The translations under genes and the position numbers were made by a program. The notes under the pieces are model-generated. The model was not told the origin of the DNA and did not search any database. It saw only the letters and a program-made list of their open reading frames with translations. A stretch of 63,885 bases of DNA, counting the filler, from Octopus bimaculoides (lineage: Eukaryota): the NCBI RefSeq assembly GCF_001194135.2. It is 4 parts of 4 records of this genome, joined end to end, with 100 filler letters (N's around TTAATTAATTAA, not from the genome) between each part and the next. Parts side by side here need not be neighbours in the genome. Positions count along the whole stretch, not along the records: positions 1 to 18,196 come from NC_068983.1; 3 more parts are not named here. One strand, 5' to 3'. Shown here in pieces: positions 1 to 13,331 of the stretch (positions within the stretch are counted from its first letter, which is position 1; every line of letters begins with the position of its first letter).

Positions 1-495
1 CCGTGGAAGAGGTAAGCTCAGGAAGACCTGGGCTGAGGTGATGAGGCAAGACCTTCATACATTGGGCCTCACCGAGGCGATGACTACTGACCGAGACCTT
101 TGGAAATGTGCTGTGCATGAGAAGACCCGGCAAGCCAAGTGAAATCGTTGCCAGTGCCTGACTGGCCTTCATAGGATTTTCAAGCGAGATCATTGCCAGT
201 GCCCCTGGACTGGCTCTTGTGCGGGTGGCACATAAAAGACACCATTTTGAGCGTGGCCGTTGCCAGTACCGCCTGACTGGCCTTCGTGTGGGTGAAACGT
301 AAAAGCACCCACTACACTCTCTGAGTGGTTGGCGTTAGGAAGGGCATCCAGCTGTAGAAACTCTGCCAAATTAGATTGGAGCCTGGTGTTGCCATCCGGT
401 TTCACCAGTCCTCAGTCAAATCGTCCAACCCATGCTAGCATGGAAAGCGGACGTTAACCGATGATGATGATGATAATGATGATGATGATGATGCA
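1..495 (+). mobile_element. 3' end of an RTE-like LINE (ORF C-terminus, 3' UTR, (GAT)n tail)
   Basis: 2-142 reads RGRGKLRKTWAEVMRQDLHTLGLTEAMTTDRDLWKCAVHEKTRQAK*, matching the RGRP.KTW...DL...DR..W RTE-type C-terminus; UTR recurs at 7640-8217; ends in GAT repeats. Confidence 0.72.
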
Positions 496-1261
496 CATAT
501 ATAAACACACACATACATACACATACATAGACACATACATACATATACATACATTTGTACGCATATACACACGATAGTCGTGTGGTAATGAATATTAAGG
601 CAGTGCTATGTGTATAGGAAAATGATGCTTATATTAACTAATAAGATATTAAGTGAATGACAATTAATAAAGGTGATGGATGGTTTATTAATCTAAAGAG
701 AGATATTGTGTTGTTAAGTGAGATGGAAATTAGAGGGGGCAAAAAAAGCGAGGTTAATGGAGTAAAAATTACTTGTATAAACCAAGTTAATATCATTACC
801 AAAGTTTACTTTGATAATCACGCTCTATATTTGTTGGTGCAAGGTATTTCCAATAGAAAAATTAAAATTTGATGTGGTGCAGTATTTTATACATAATAAA
901 GCAGGGAGAAGAAAATATTTATATGTTTTGAATTCATCTTACGATAAACGTAAACAAATGAACTAAGATTGCTTTCAGAATCTTAGATATGTCTAAGAAA
1001 GTTAAAGAAGACAATTAAAATTCTCAGACGCAGAATAATGCCACTAATATAACCTAAACAGGATAAATAACTCCTATCTTTGCTGTTAAAATATAATTCG
1101 GTTAAAATGTCTTACGGTTAAGTTGGATCCTATGTATTTCCCTGAAGAGAAGATTACATCTTTATCAACATTACTTATTCCTTTGGAAGTAACCATTTGT
1201 AATCTTCGAAACATATGTCAGAAATAAAAGAATTCATTTAACATATGCATTTATTAAATTT

Positions 1262-1293
<32 letters not shown>

Positions 1294-2186
1294 CGTGTGT
1301 GCGTGTGTGTGCATGTGTGTGTATGTATATATATATATATGTAATTTTGGGACTAATGGGTATATGTCAATTAGTGTGTTGATGTGTTGAGTAAAGCACT
1401 AGCATAGTTTGGGCTATCTGGTCTCATTTGCAACACAATATGATGCACAACATCCTACCCATAAAGGACAGTTGCAGGATGGGTTAAAACTATTGTCATA
1501 TGGAATAAAGACTAATACCAAATCTATCTTCTGTTTCCTTAATATCGATTACATGTATGTATGTATGTGTGTGTGTGTGTGTGTTTCCATGCAATCCTCA
1601 GGTTGTGCTCATTTGGCATCATCACAGAACAGTATGAGTGAGTGTGTATATATATATTTATATTAATGAGCTACTGTTAGCTTCATGCAATGACAACAGT
1701 TCAGACATCATATATTAACATGTCTGGTGTTTTCCCGCAGTCCTTCAGGCTGTGCCCACTTGGCATCATCATGGAACAGTACGAATGTGTATACACACAC
1801 ACACACACATACATATGTATGTGTGTGTGTGTCTGTGTATTATGTATGTATGTATGTATGCATGTATATATGTATTTGTATATATAGCATCATCATCATC
1901 ATGATTGTTTAATGTCTGCTTTCCATACTGGTATTGGTTGGATGGTTTGACAGGAGTTGTTCTGGCAGAAAACTGCACTAGACTTCTGTGTCTGTTATGG
2001 CATGGTTCTTATGGCGGGATGTCCTTCCTTACACCAAACATCCAGCAGAGTGGACTGAATGCTTTTAATGTGACAGCAGCACAGACATGGTTTTTACAGC
2101 TGAAAGCCCTTCCTGATGCCAACCACTTGCAAGACAAAGATCCTTTAAGAGAGTAGGGGACATATATGTGAGTGTGTGTGTGTGCG

Positions 2187-2227
<41 letters not shown>

Positions 2228-2889
2228 CTATGTGCGTGTAGATATTGATTCAGATATATATGTCTGTATGTATATGTACAATAATTGATATATACAATTC
2301 ATTTGAATCATTGATTTTGAAATACTGCGATTAGGTTTCTAAAATATATGTGTGTTGTTGTTGTTGCTGCTGTTGTTGTGTGTGTGTATGTGTGCATGTG
2401 TGTGTATCTGTGCATGATTGTGTATCTGTGCATGTGCATGCATGTGTGTCTGTGTCTATGTATGTGTATGTGCAGGTGTGTGTGTGTGTGTGTGCGTGCA
2501 TGTATTCACTAACATTTTTGCATAATATATTTTTCTGTCATTTAATTAATAGATGCTCTAGCAATTTTGTGATCACTCCAAGTACATTTAGCAAAGGCTT
2601 ATAGTAAAAAATAATTAACATGTTAATTTGTACAGATTAACATATTAATTGATATTGTTTAGTTACATCATTTACAAAGCATTTATTTAGCTTCTTCAAA
2701 AAGCAAAAGCAACAAAAATATTTTGAAATCTCATCAATATTTCTGAAACATACTTCTATGATATATTTTATCAAACTATTTCAAACAATCAGATTCATAC
2801 TAAGAATGTACAAATAAAACATTTTCCAATGTCTCATCAAAACTTTGTTGCATAGATCTTTTCATGAAGATATCCTTTACACTTTGCAG

Positions 2890-3675
2890 ACCAGAAAGGG
2901 ATTTTACAAGAGTTGTACTGGTGGGTGAAAACCATTTTTTGTTAGGGAATGAAATTTTACAGGCATTCTAGGCCTTACTTGTCTTTTCCATTTTTATATC
3001 CTGAACAATTTCAGTATAGCTATAACTAAATGTGACATGAAGAAGACATGCCTAAAAGAATAGTTTCAGATACTGGCCAGCTATTATTAATTCGTCAAGA
3101 ATAAACCAAAATCACTGCCTGAGATAATTGGCATAAAAAGTGGTGGACAGCTGCACCCCTTCCTCTTATGATGTATCTAGGAACCAGGCAACAGTTAAGT
3201 GTGTAAATCATTGTATGTTGTATAGCTGTGGTGAAGCAGGGATTAGAAAGCCCAATATGTGCAGTGACAAGTGACAGTTACTGTTTAGTAGATGTTAAAT
3301 TTTGCACTGAGAAAGGATCTGCAAACTAGTCTGGAATATGAGTAGGAGATGAAACAAATTGTTGTAAAGAGTTAAAAATAGCAAAACATTATCTTTTACC
3401 CTACAGCATTAGTTTTGGATGAGTGTAATATCCATGAGGAGTTGTGAGTTGTGAATCACCTAGGAGGATTAGTTCAGAGAGAAGTTAATGATATTAATTA
3501 GTTCATTCTTTTTTTTTTTTTTTTATTTCTATTGTAAATAACTATCAGGTTTAAGAGAAATTGTCAATGTCACAGCTGGGTAAAAAAACTTTCTTTAAGA
3601 AACAAAGATCCTGAAGAATGTCCTGACAAGAATTCTCAGGAAGCATATTTTTGCTATGCCAAATATTTCTGTTAA
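2890..3675 (+). other. Candidate pair of spliced exons (2890-2920 and 3549-3675) of an unidentified gene
   Basis: Acceptors cctttacactttgcAG and T-tract...tatcAG; donor GTGGGT; joined frame DQKGILQELYW/FKRNCQCHSWVKKLSL...YFC*; no family recognised. Confidence 0.22.
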
Positions 3676-4104
3676 CTAAATGAACTGAGAAAACACAAGC
3701 GGGAATAAAACAAATTTCAAAATCAGAAAATGGCAATTAAATTACAAGTAACCATGCCTATTGAGATTTTAAATTCTGTGATACATGCTTTTACTTCATC
3801 TCTTTGTTGTATGGAGCAAAGAGTACATTTATCATCTTTAACTGTATTAAGAATTGGTCTGTGGTAATGTTATTTTATGTGATTGCACTATATGTAAGAA
3901 ATATTTCTATTCAGAAATTTTCTCTGACATTAAGGAAGAATTGAGTTCACACAAAATACACTTATAGAAATCTCAGCATCTTTATTCCTATTAAGTTATA
4001 GTCTAATAATTCATGACATTATATTGGTTGCTATTCAGATATTAGTTACATTCCGATAAATTTTATTTTCCACTTTTGTCAAATAACCATTTGAATGAAT
4101 TAGA

Positions 4105-4176
<72 letters not shown>

Positions 4177-6179
4177 TGAAAGGATATTTTGAGACAACAT
4201 TACAAATGAGAACATTACCTTAGAAATTTCATAGAAATCACAGCACTAGATCTATTTACTTCACATATAATAGTGAACTAACATAGCAAGCTTCTATTTC
4301 AAAATATTTTTCCCATTATCAGTTGCTACTTTCTTCCTCTCTTGTGGATGAACATCATTTTTAACATTGTTCATATCAAAACTAGGTTTCCAAGGATCGT
4401 GATATTTTTCATCAATTTCAAGCAAATTCCCTGACTCCAGCTAGAATGAATCAACTGCTGGAAAAACCTTTGCAGATGTAATTGCTTTAAATGTATACAC
4501 TACATTAAAAACTTATTTACAGGTGTTTTAAAAGCAAAGCATTAGAAATAAAATTGTTTCTCAAATATGAGATAAAGTTGTTGCAGTTTGGAGATTTTAT
4601 TAACAGTCCATAATTGTTCAGAAATAGTTATCAGACACCTTTTCTTTAAGAGAAAATGAATAATTACAGAAAGAAACATTAGTTCTTATAAGATATTTCC
4701 ATTTTGGCTCATGAAAGACTCATGGTGTAGTGAGTGATCTACTTTTGATATTTCTGAAAATCCTGGAATAATTTTCACTATTATCTCAAATTAAATTTCC
4801 ATTTAGAGTCTGGAACTCCTTTAAATTGATGATTGATAACTTCTTAATCACCGCTGGCCATCAGACATATTTTTGCTAAGTTTCTTTATTTCTATTTTAA
4901 AGCAATTCAATTAATAATCTAAGCAATATGATATTTTTATAACAAAGTGAAGTAGTTTCAATGAGATAAATTCTAATTATGATTTAGTTAAGATCAAATG
5001 GAATTTTAAATGATTTTCTTAGTTATCAGCTAGAATTTAACAATAAGTTTTTACTAGGAATATATACTTCCAGATAATTCATCACCCACTTGTAGATTTC
5101 CAGAGAAACGCAAGTCAGAGAAGTTGTATTCACAATAATAAATGATAAGGATAACAACAACAACAACAATCAGGTGACATTCATAAATTGTGTATCAAAT
5201 CACAATCCAATCTTCAATATTCACTATAGTAACATTCTACACAATTTCAAAACCATATTATAGGTCTTCTACAAGAATGAGAGTCATATTGACTACTTTA
5301 GCAAATGCTCCCATTAAATTTCCAATTATACTGATGTAATTCTATAAGGTTTCAAACTCAGTATATCCACTTGCTATTCACATCATTACATAATTTTAGA
5401 TCTTGCATTTCCTAACTGTTTTCAGCTAATATCCTCAAGGACACATTTCTATTTCTCAAACTGAAAATATTTCTCTTGAATAACAAGACATTATAAGTAC
5501 CATTTTAAAACAGAAAACAGGGGCTCACTATTGTATCATGGAATGTTTATCTATTGCCAGTCAAATGACATCTGAATAACATTTGTTTTACACAAAAGCT
5601 TACAAATTATGTAATTGTTGTTCTTTACTCACTAAGCAGACTAATATATCTTTTGAGGAATGGACACTGTGAATTAATGAAGGCCATTTAAAACCTTGAT
5701 TAACTTTAAATCCTCTTACAACATATTTAGAGATGTTGTAATTTTCATGTACACTTAAACATCTTTGACTGCATCCAGTATAACATCTCTTGATTGACCG
5801 ACATCAAGTCATGAACATGTCTCTGCTTCTTGCCAACAGAAATGCTGTCCCTGCTCTCTCTCTCTCTCTCTCTCTGCCTTTTCTTCTGCTATAACAAGCT
5901 TGTGTCCTCTTAACTGGCTGGCCTCATGCAATCTCCACTCAACCACTCCCAACTCACTCCCCTCTCATCCTCTTATCACACATATTGCATCTCACTATTC
6001 AAGTGTCTGCACTACCCATCATACCTTGTCCTTCATTCCTAAGATATCAGATCTCTAGATTTCTCTCCTTGTTCATGTCTTTCTTGTAGTTGTTGGCTTG
6101 TAACAATTTAAGCAGACTATAACCAGCAGCAATCTCATTTGTCTCACAAATCTCTATAAACACTACAAACTGGCAGAAA

Positions 6180-6385
6180 TGGTGAGCTAGCAGAAACGTT
6201 AGTACGCCGAGCAAAATTTTGTCTGTCTTTACATTCTAAGTTCAAATTCCACCGAGGTCGACTTTGCCTTTCATGATTACAGGATCGAAAAATTAAGTAC
6301 CAGTTGTGTACTGGGGTCGATCTAATCGACTGACCCTTCCCTGAAAATTTCGGGCTTTGTGCCTAGAGTAGAAAAGAATATATCT
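6180..6385 (+). mobile_element. tRNA-derived SINE family A, tail type 1
   Basis: gagctagcagaaacgttagtacgccg...agttcaaattcc (B-box-like)...gtcgactttgcctttcat...ctggggtcgatctaatcgac...aaatttcgggctttgtgcctagagtagaaaag; more than 10 related copies in the window. Confidence 0.75.
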
Positions 6386-6451
6386 CCCTGTAAAGGTTTC
6401 CACTTTCTTTTCAAGATAATTAGTTTCTTATAAATTTCTTATATCACTTAC

Positions 6452-6852
6452 TATCTCTCTCTTTACTTGTTTCAGTTATTTGACTGCGGCCATGCTGGAG
6501 CACCGCCTTTAGTCGAGGAAATCCACCCCAGGACTTATTCTTTGTAAGCCTAATACTTATTCTATCAGTCTCTTTTTGCCGAACCGCTAAGTTACGGGGG
6601 ACATAAACACACCAGCATCGGTTGTCAAGCGATACTTGAGGGACAAACACAGACACATAAACACACATACATATATATATATACATATATACGACAGGCT
6701 TCTTTCAGTTTCTGTCTACCACATCCACTCACAAGGTTTTGGTCAACCCGAGGCTATAGTCGAAGACACTTGCCCAAGGTGCCACGCAGTGGGATTGAAC
6801 CCGGAACCATGTGGTTGGTAAGCAAGCTACTTACCACACAGCCACTCCTGCA
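6452..6852 (-). mobile_element. tRNA-derived SINE family B, full length
   Basis: Minus strand ggagtggctgtgtggtaagtagcttgcttaccaaccacatggttccgggttcaatccc (A/B boxes), CORE-like accttgggcaagtgtctt, central (TA/TG)n, tail gcggtgctccagcatggccgcagtcaaataactgaaacaagtaaa. Confidence 0.78.
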
Positions 6853-7362
6853 CCTAAATAAATCTTATGAATCATCCTTCTTTTCATTTTTTACATTTGG
6901 TGAGTTGCACAAAGGGCACAGACATGATTGGATGGTTATAAGGTTAGTTTCTCAGCTATGTGCTTGTGAACTGGATACCATTGTGTATGGTATGTTTTGC
7001 AAAAATCTTGTACAATAGCTGAAGTTTTAGGAATAACTTATGAAGTGGAATTTGGTAGATGGAAGCTATGTGGGTGTGTGCGTGTACGTGTGTGTGGGGG
7101 TGGGGTGGGGGTGCGCAAGTGTCTGTGTATTTGTGCTTGTATATACCAGTACCACAAAAAGGAAGAAATCCTTTAAATGTAGGTTACCTTAGTTATCCAA
7201 TACAAGGAGACCGATAAAATAAGTACTAGATTAAGTACTTGGTTGATATAAATAATTGACTAAAACCTTTGAGGATAGTGCTTCAGCATAAGTACAGTCC
7301 AATGACTGAAACCAGTAAATGAATGTGTTCATAACTTGAATGGTGCTCATCTTGAAATAGCC

Positions 7363-7600
7363 AGTGGCGAGCTGGCAGAAACGTTAGCACGCCAGGCAAA
7401 ATGCTTAATGGTATTTTGTCTGTCGTTATGTTCTGAGTTCAAATTCTGCCAAGGTCAACTTTGCCTTTCATCCTTTTGGTGGGTGATAAATTAAGTACCA
7501 GTTATGCACTGGGGTCGATATAATCGACTTAATCCGTTTATCTGTCCTTGTTTGTCCCCTCTAAATTTAGCCCCTTGTGGGCAATAAAGAAAAAAGAAAT
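7363..7600 (+). mobile_element. SINE family A, tail type 2
   Basis: Same head and body as 6180; tail tctgtccttgtttgtcccctct...gtgggcaataaagaaa. Confidence 0.75.
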
Positions 7601-7639
7601 ATATCGAAAGGAATTTGAAATTTGAAATCTGAAATCGAA

Positions 7640-8217
7640 ATCGAACCGAATCCGATGACTGGCGCTCATACCAACCTCTCCTTCATTGGACACCAAACTC
7701 TGCTTGTGAAGACTTGTTGGGGCAAGTGAAATCGAAATTGAACCATACTCGATGACTGGCACCTGTGCCAGTGGAGCACTAACAGCACTGTCCAAGCGTG
7801 TTCATTGCCAGAGCAGCTGTCTGGCTTCCGTGCTAGTGGCCCGTAAATAGCACCATTTGAGCGTAATCATTACCAGCGTTGCCTTGTAGCACTTGTGCTG
7901 GTGGCACGTTAGAAAATCATTCGAGTGAGGTCGTTGCCAGTGCCGTTGGACTGGCTCCCGTGCAGGTGGCACGTATAAAAACACCTTTTTGAGCATGGCT
8001 GTTGCCAGTACCGTGTGACTGGTCCTCGTGCCGGTGGCACGTAAAAGCACCCACTACACTCTTGGAGTGGTTGGTGTTAGGAAGGGCATCTAGCTGTAGA
8101 AACTCTGCCAGATCAGAGTGGAGGCTGGTGCAGCCTTCTGGCTTGCCAGTCCTCAGTCAAATCGTCCAACCCATGCTAGCATGGAAAGCAGACGTTAAAC
8201 GATGATGATGATGATGA
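7640..8217 (+). mobile_element. 5'-truncated copy of the same RTE-like 3' UTR
   Basis: Shares ...cagtcctcagtcaaatcgtccaacccatgctagcatggaaagc.gacgttaa.cgatgatgat with 400-480; internal repeats of gttgccagt.cc and ggtggcacgt. Confidence 0.7.
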
Positions 8218-8711
8218 TATATCAATGCTTTTTATTTCACTATTTTTTACCAACAAATTTTCAATATTCAGCCAACCATAAATATGTGAACTTCTGTGTA
8301 TGAAGGACTGTCTATAATAGTTACACATGCATTTTATATGACTTTGTTAAAGTTATCCACTCAACTTTGAATTAGTAACTTGTTATTCACTAATTGTTCT
8401 TTGAGAAGTATCCACTCTTCTCATTAAACATTTACAATCAAAGTAGTCTTTAATGTGGTAAAGTAGAAATTTTTTTTAATATATTACTTCTTGATTGAAT
8501 AGGAGTATATTTTCATTAAAGGCAAATGTACTAATGTCTCCTTTACTCTTCTAAATCAGCAAGACATCAATGACATTCAGCATATCTTGAAACATATATT
8601 AACATCACAAGAAATTATTTATTTAACAATTCTGGTTTCCCACAGTTCTGTTTCAATTACTAAGCAATAATTTTTATATGGGAAAAATAGGAATATATAT
8701 ATACTATTTTA

Positions 8712-8925
8712 CTATTTTACTTGTTTCAGTCATTTGACTGCAGCCATGCTGGAGCACCGCCTTTAGTCGAGCAAATCGACCCCAGGACTTATTCTTTGGA
8801 TGCCTAGTACTTATTCTATCGGTCTCTTTTGCAGAACCGCTAAGTTACGGAGACCTAAGCACACCAGCATCGGTTGTCAAGCGATGTTACGGGGACAAAC
8901 ACAGACACAGAAACATATACACACA
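8712..8925 (-). mobile_element. SINE family B, 3' half
   Basis: Matches 6452-6670. Confidence 0.72.
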
Positions 8926-9699
8926 CATACATATATATATATATATGTATATATATAATAATAATATTAGGGACAAAATCCAAAATTACAGGTAAAAACT
9001 CAATTAAAATCAATTTATAAAAAATTAAAATTAAATTGAGCTTTAGAAATAAAGTATATATAAAATATATAGTTTTAGGGAAAATAACCAAGTTTCAAGA
9101 ACTTATCAATGAAAATCCACTATCACATATAGAAAAATTAACAATTAAAAGCACAATAAATGAGTATAATATAAAGCAAAGTAAATATCATAAGATAAAT
9201 ATAATAAATATNNNNNNNNNNNNNNNNNNNNNNNNNNNNNNNNNNNNNNNNNNNNNNNNNNNNNNNNNNNNNNNNNNNNNNNNNNNNNNNNNNNNNNNNN
9301 NNNNNNNNNNNNNNNNNNNNNNNNNNNNNNNNNNNNNNNNNNNNNNNNNNNNNNNNNNNNNNNNNNNNNNNNNNNNNNNNNNNNNNNNNNNNNNNNNNNN
9401 NNNNNNNNNNNNNNNNNNNNNNNNNNNNNNNNNNNNNNNNNNNNNNNNNNNNNNNNNNNNNNNNNNNNNNNNNNNNNNNNNNNNNNNNNNNNNNNNNNNN
9501 NNNNNNNNNNNNNNNNNNNNNNNNNNNNNNNNNNNNNNNNNNNNNNNNNNNNNNNNNNNNNNNNNNNNNNNNNNNNNNNNNNNNNNNNNNNNNNNNNNNN
9601 NNNNNNNNNNNNNNNNNNNNNNNNNNNNNNNNNNNNNNNNNNNNNNNNNNNNNNNNNNNNNNNNNNNNNNNNNNNNNNNNNNNNNNNNNNNNNNNNNNN

Positions 9700-9736
<37 letters not shown>

Positions 9737-10414
9737 TTATTTTAAAACAATAAACAAAAAATCTTCACTGTGAACTTCTCAATCTTCCAACTAATCACCC
9801 TGAAACCATTATAGGATCTTTTCAGTGTGACAAGATTATAGAACATAAAGCCAATATTTACTGAAATAGATTTATTGTGTATATTTGATTTCTTTAATTT
9901 TTGAGCTGCTGTTTTTGTCAGTTTTGCATTTAATATCCATTAATTTAATCAAAATTTTCTGTTGAAAAGTATAGTCATTCATTTCTGCATGCAATTTTAA
10001 TTGTTTGTATAAATAAAAGTGGTTCTATAAATATATGTTTAGATTTAAGAAATTTCATTGCACTCTAATAAAAGTCATTATGCTGAGAATAAAAAATTTT
10101 AGAGGAATATTCTTAAAGGACACAGGCATAGCAATATGGTGAAAAGATTTCCTTCATAACTACATTGCTCTGGATCAAATTTCACTGTGCTGTTCCTTCA
10201 GTAAGTATCTTTGTTCAGCCATAGTCACATGTTGATGAATATCTTGTGAATGGAAATTGATTGACCAAAAGATCTATGCAAATCCAGTGTGTGTGTGTGT
10301 GTGTGTGCACAGGCACATTATTGATAAACATCAGTGAAGAATATAAATGTTGTAAAAAAAATTTTAAAAATGGGAAAATCCCTTATTGTCCTCACTTCAT
10401 GATATACATTCAGC

Positions 10415-12315
10415 AGGTGACTGGTTTTACAGTTATATGTTTAAGAGATGAGGAATTATGTACATTGTTTACATTATTTACATTTGACTGATATTTGTCC
10501 TCATTTTGTTTGTTGTTAACACAATGTTTCAGCTGATTTACCTTCCAGCCTTCATCAGGTGTCTTGGGGAAATTTCGAACCTGGGTTCTCATTCCTAAAT
10601 GTATTTTTCGATGTTATTATTATTATTATTATTATTGTTATTCAGTTCACTGCCTGGAATCAAACTCAGAATCTTGAGGCTAGTAGCCAGCGCTCTTAAC
10701 CACTATGCCATATGGGCAATTATGGAGTGAATTGTTGGGCTTATAAATCTAATGTTTTCCTATCCTTCCTTAATACCGGTTCCCATATGCTATTCATATC
10801 TGCACTCGGTCTGCTTAGGAGGTTATTGTGTCCTAGCATATGAGTTGTTTGTTTTAGCTTTCGTATTTTCCAGTGGTGTTCTCTGTCTATTATTTTAACT
10901 TCATCCCACAGGGGGAGGTAGTCTCCATTTTTCCATACATGATCAGCTATATCCAATTGATCAATATCTCCTCATGTTACATCTTTGCAATGTTCCTCTA
11001 CCCTTATTTTGAGCGGGTGGCATGTTTCGCCTTTGTATAACCTACCACAGCTGCATGAGATGGAGTACATGCAGTTTTGGTTATAATCTCTTCTATTGGT
11101 GGTTTTACCTGAAGGTGATATTTGTGAAGTGTTGTATTACCCCTGAATACTATCCTGATGTCATATGGGCCGCATATCTTTTGTATCTTTTTGGAGAGGC
11201 CTTTCACATAGGGTAGACAGACTGTAGACATTTTATTGTTTTCATCCTCTCTTTTCTTCATAATTGAAGTAGATAGTATGTTCTTGGGGTAGTTGTTTCT
11301 TAATAGATTGTTACTGAGCTTGATCATCTCTTCATGGTGAGTATTACAGTCACTACTTATATTCTTTGCTCGATGTTTTATTTACTGAGCAATCCCTCTC
11401 TTTACACTGTATGGATGGTGGGAATTGAAGTTAAGGTATCGTCCGGTGATGGTCGTCTTGCGATATATGGATGTCCTGAATCTATACTTCGTGCATGTTA
11501 TTAATACGTCCAGGAATGCCAGCTGATTGTCTTTTTCCTTTTCCATTGTGAACTGTATGGATGGCTTTATTGAGTTTACATGATCTAACAGCACTTGGAC
11601 ATCTTCCTGGTGGCACCAGAAAATAAAGGTGTCATCAACATATCACAGCCACAGGATTAGTTTTAGTGGTGTTCATCCTAAAACCAAATTCTCAAAGTTT
11701 TCCATGTATATATTAGCTATTACCGGTGATAATGGTGAACCCATAGTTAAACCCTCTTCTTGTCGATATATATCAGTGTCCATACTGATGTAGGTCGTTT
11801 CTACACAGAAGGTTGACATTTCCATCAAGTTTTTTTATTGGTATACTAGTGCGTTCTTTTACATGGGTGTCTGTCACTAGCTTTTCTTGAATCACCAATA
11901 GTGCTTCACCAGTTGGAACTTTGGTGAACAGATTTATCACATCTAGACTCTCACCATCTGGTTGGATTCAATGAGGGTATCCTTGATCATTTCTGTGGAA
12001 TGGGTGGGATTCTTCACGTACGATGTTGACTTTCTTGCTAATGGACTGATTATATCAGAGTTGGGTCTGAAAACAGAGAGGAAGTTGTCACATATCTTGA
12101 TCAAGAGCAAGGATCACTTTACACCAATGAAGTACAGACAACTGACTCAACACTACAGTAAACTACAACACAGGTACGGTCTCCCTAAGATTCACAAGGA
12201 TGGTATTCCATTAAGACCTATAGTGAGCTGTAGAGGTTCAGCATGTCATCCACTGAACCACTTCCTTGTGGATATAATCAGTCCATTAGCAGGAAAGTCA
12301 ACATTGTACGTGAAG
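10415..12315 (-). mobile_element. Penelope-like element (RT + GIY-YIG, frameshifted), terminal repeat with hammerhead, inverted 5' segment
   Basis: Minus strand peptides SLDVINLFTKVP, GSPLSPVIANI, QFTMEKEKDNQLAFLDVLI, YRKTTITGRYLNFNSHHP, LPYVKGLSKKI, IADHVWKNG...KIIDRE; plus strand 12057-12315 YGLPKIHKDGIPLRPIVSC; terminal repeat 10415-10730. Confidence 0.88.
10518..10563 (-). ncRNA. Minimal hammerhead motif in Penelope terminal repeat, CpG-decayed
   Basis: GACAC CUGAUGA A GGCUG gaagguaaau CAGCU GAA ACAU U GUGUU; homologous to 23586-23631 but ACGU->ACAU and CAGCC->CAGCU. Confidence 0.6.
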
Positions 12316-12479
12316 GAGGAAAGGAGGAGGAGGAGAACAAATAACAGGGGTGGAGGAGAGGACATCAACACCAATGGTTGCCTAAATTTGTCTGCAAAGT
12401 AATACTGTCCATTGTTAATTCACAGTAATGTGCTTTGCAGTAAGAAAGGTATCCAAATAGAGAATCCCATACTTCAACA

Positions 12480-12846
12480 AACCCCACACTCAAACCCACT
12501 CACTCTTGAACACTTACTATATATGTGTGCGTGTATGTGTGCACCATATACATATATACACACAATATATATATATACTGTACATACATACATACATACA
12601 TACATACATACATACATACAAACATATGTAAGATGATCTTTCTTATTTTTCATGTTGATATTAAAAAAGGGAAAAGAACTATCAATATATTAAAATTTCA
12701 AAGAAAGAAAGGAAGAACAAGAAATATGTATAAATTGTTGAATGAAGCCTTTTAGAAACCACAGGCTTGTGTAGAATTAAGGCTGCACTGCTGTATAGCA
12801 ATAGTCTATATCCCCCTCCTCCTCCTCATCATCAGCATCATCATCC

Positions 12847-12898
<52 letters not shown>

Positions 12899-13331
12899 TA
12901 TCATCATCATGATCATCATCACCATCGTCATCATCATCATTGTCATCATCATCATCATCATCACCATCGTCATCATCATCATTGTCATCATGACATCCTT
13001 TTAATGAATACATTTCCATGCTTGCATGGGTTGAATAGAATTCCTTGAAGCAAGTTTCTTCTATGGCCGGTCACCTTTCTTGTGACCAACCTTCTTGAGG
13101 TAATAATATGTTCTCATGAATGGATATGTTTACAAGGAAGATTGGAAACAAACAACATTACATGTATGGCTGTGATGCTCTTTACAAGTCTCATGATGTG
13201 AAGACAAGAAGAGACAATCATCCAACCCCACACTCAAACTCACTCACCCTTGAACACTTACTATATATGTGTGTGTGTATGTGTGTACCATATACATATA
13301 TACACACAATATATATATATATATACTGTAT
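12480..13331 (+). repeat. ~105-bp direct repeat flanking a (CAT)n block
   Basis: aaccccacactcaaac.cactcac.cttgaacacttactatatatgtgtg...cacaatatatat...actgta at 12480-12583 and 13224-13331. Confidence 0.8.

Noticed and set aside
395-420. CTGAGGA-CTGGT-GAA-ACCGG on the minus strand of the RTE-like UTR
   Set aside because: No GAAA box after the hairpin; topology does not fit a hammerhead.
4387-4480. Exon-like segment readable on either strand
   Set aside because: Plausible frames on both strands, no recognisable family, weak splice context.
5880-6130. CNMCDK..GE motif on the minus strand suggesting another GIY-YIG relic
   Set aside because: Too decayed to support beyond one motif.
7615-7760. 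Spaced short repeats (gaaatcgaaat...gatgactggc) suggesting a CRISPR-like array
   Set aside because: Only two diverged units inside a LINE UTR; eukaryotic context, no cas genes.
12767-13048. Poly-His/Asp/Met ORFs, and the many poly-Ile, Tyr, Asn, CV, YI and X ORFs elsewhere
   Set aside because: Translations of microsatellites and N gaps.
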